Below are positions 43,446 to 43,610 of a stretch of DNA of 43,610 nucleotides, in pieces. Origin of the DNA: Ktedonobacteraceae bacterium (GTDB lineage Bacteria > Chloroflexota > Ktedonobacteria > Ktedonobacterales > Ktedonobacteraceae). Made by a program: the position numbers and the translations under genes. Positions within the stretch are counted from its first letter, which is position 1. Every line of letters starts with the position of its first letter. The notes beneath the pieces were generated by a model. It saw nothing but the letters and a program-made list of their open reading frames with translations. It was not told the DNA's origin and did no database searches. The stretch covers positions 1 to 43,610 of the forward strand of contig JBGQJX010000001.1 of assembly GCA_041499255.1 (NCBI GenBank). Direction: 5' to 3'.

Positions 43446-43610
43446 ATGAAGCCACCTCAACAGGATATACAGCCTGACCGCGAACATACGCGTAAACCCT
43501 TCTTCCGGATACCCTGGCTGGTTGGCGGACTGGGAATTATGACCATCTGTGCTATTGCTCTCCTGGCAACCTTCGTCCTGGTGAGGCAGGGAGTTTCCCA
43601 GGGACTCATC
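43446..43610 (+). CDS. membrane protein, partial (runs off the window)
   Basis: ATG 3 nt after the previous stop. Open for 55 codons to the window end. TM helix WLVGGLGIMTICAIALLATFVLV. Confidence 0.4.
   Translation, partial: MKPPQQDIQPDREHTRKPFFRIPWLVGGLGIMTICAIALLATFVLVRQGVSQGLI

Noticed and set aside
1-43610. Scan for CRISPR arrays, rRNA genes, group II introns, retron-like RT genes and integrases
   Set aside because: I saw no regularly spaced direct repeats, no rRNA-like conserved stretches, and no reverse transcriptase or tyrosine/serine recombinase motifs in any listed ORF.

Overview
43.6-kb bacterial chromosomal window, roughly 50% GC by eye. Gene content (tandem F420/PPOX paralogues, DUF512, fused MFS/spermidine synthase, a DnaD plus DnaC-like loader, solo TnpB elements, STAND-TPR proteins) suggests a Chloroflexota/Ktedonobacteria-like genome; this is inference only. 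ORF-track coordinates include the stop codon, and I moved some starts where an RBS supports an internal ATG. Most of the window is housekeeping: ruvX-mltG-uppP, fmt, cdd, clpP, dnaB with DnaD/DnaC-like loaders, two initiator tRNAs, tRNA-Arg, SDR enzymes, a Doc/AbrB TA pair, ArsR and an OmpR-type regulator. Four things stand out. (1) 34.7-43.6 kb holds a tRNA-flanked, AT-rich-bounded island. It encodes two paralogous SIR2_2-like modules (one fused to a PNP_UDP nucleosidase), two STAND/NB-ARC-like NTPases (one with TPRs), a radical SAM/SPASM enzyme with an RRE-like N-terminus and a possible 27-codon precursor ORF. I read it as a candidate undescribed NLR-like conflict/defence system. (2) 18778-19530(-) is a MerB (alkylmercury lyase)-family gene split in the ORF track by two in-frame TGA codons. 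Both fall where MerB has its catalytic cysteines, and each is followed by a SECIS-like hairpin, so it is a candidate double-selenocysteine enzyme. (3) Two clusters of consensus DnaA boxes (30.5 kb, next to dnaB, and 33.8 kb) suggest an oriC-like region. (4) Two diverged solo TnpB (IS200/IS605-type) elements sit near the left end, one abutting a truncated 2-oxoacid dehydrogenase E2 remnant. No rRNA genes or CRISPR arrays were seen.
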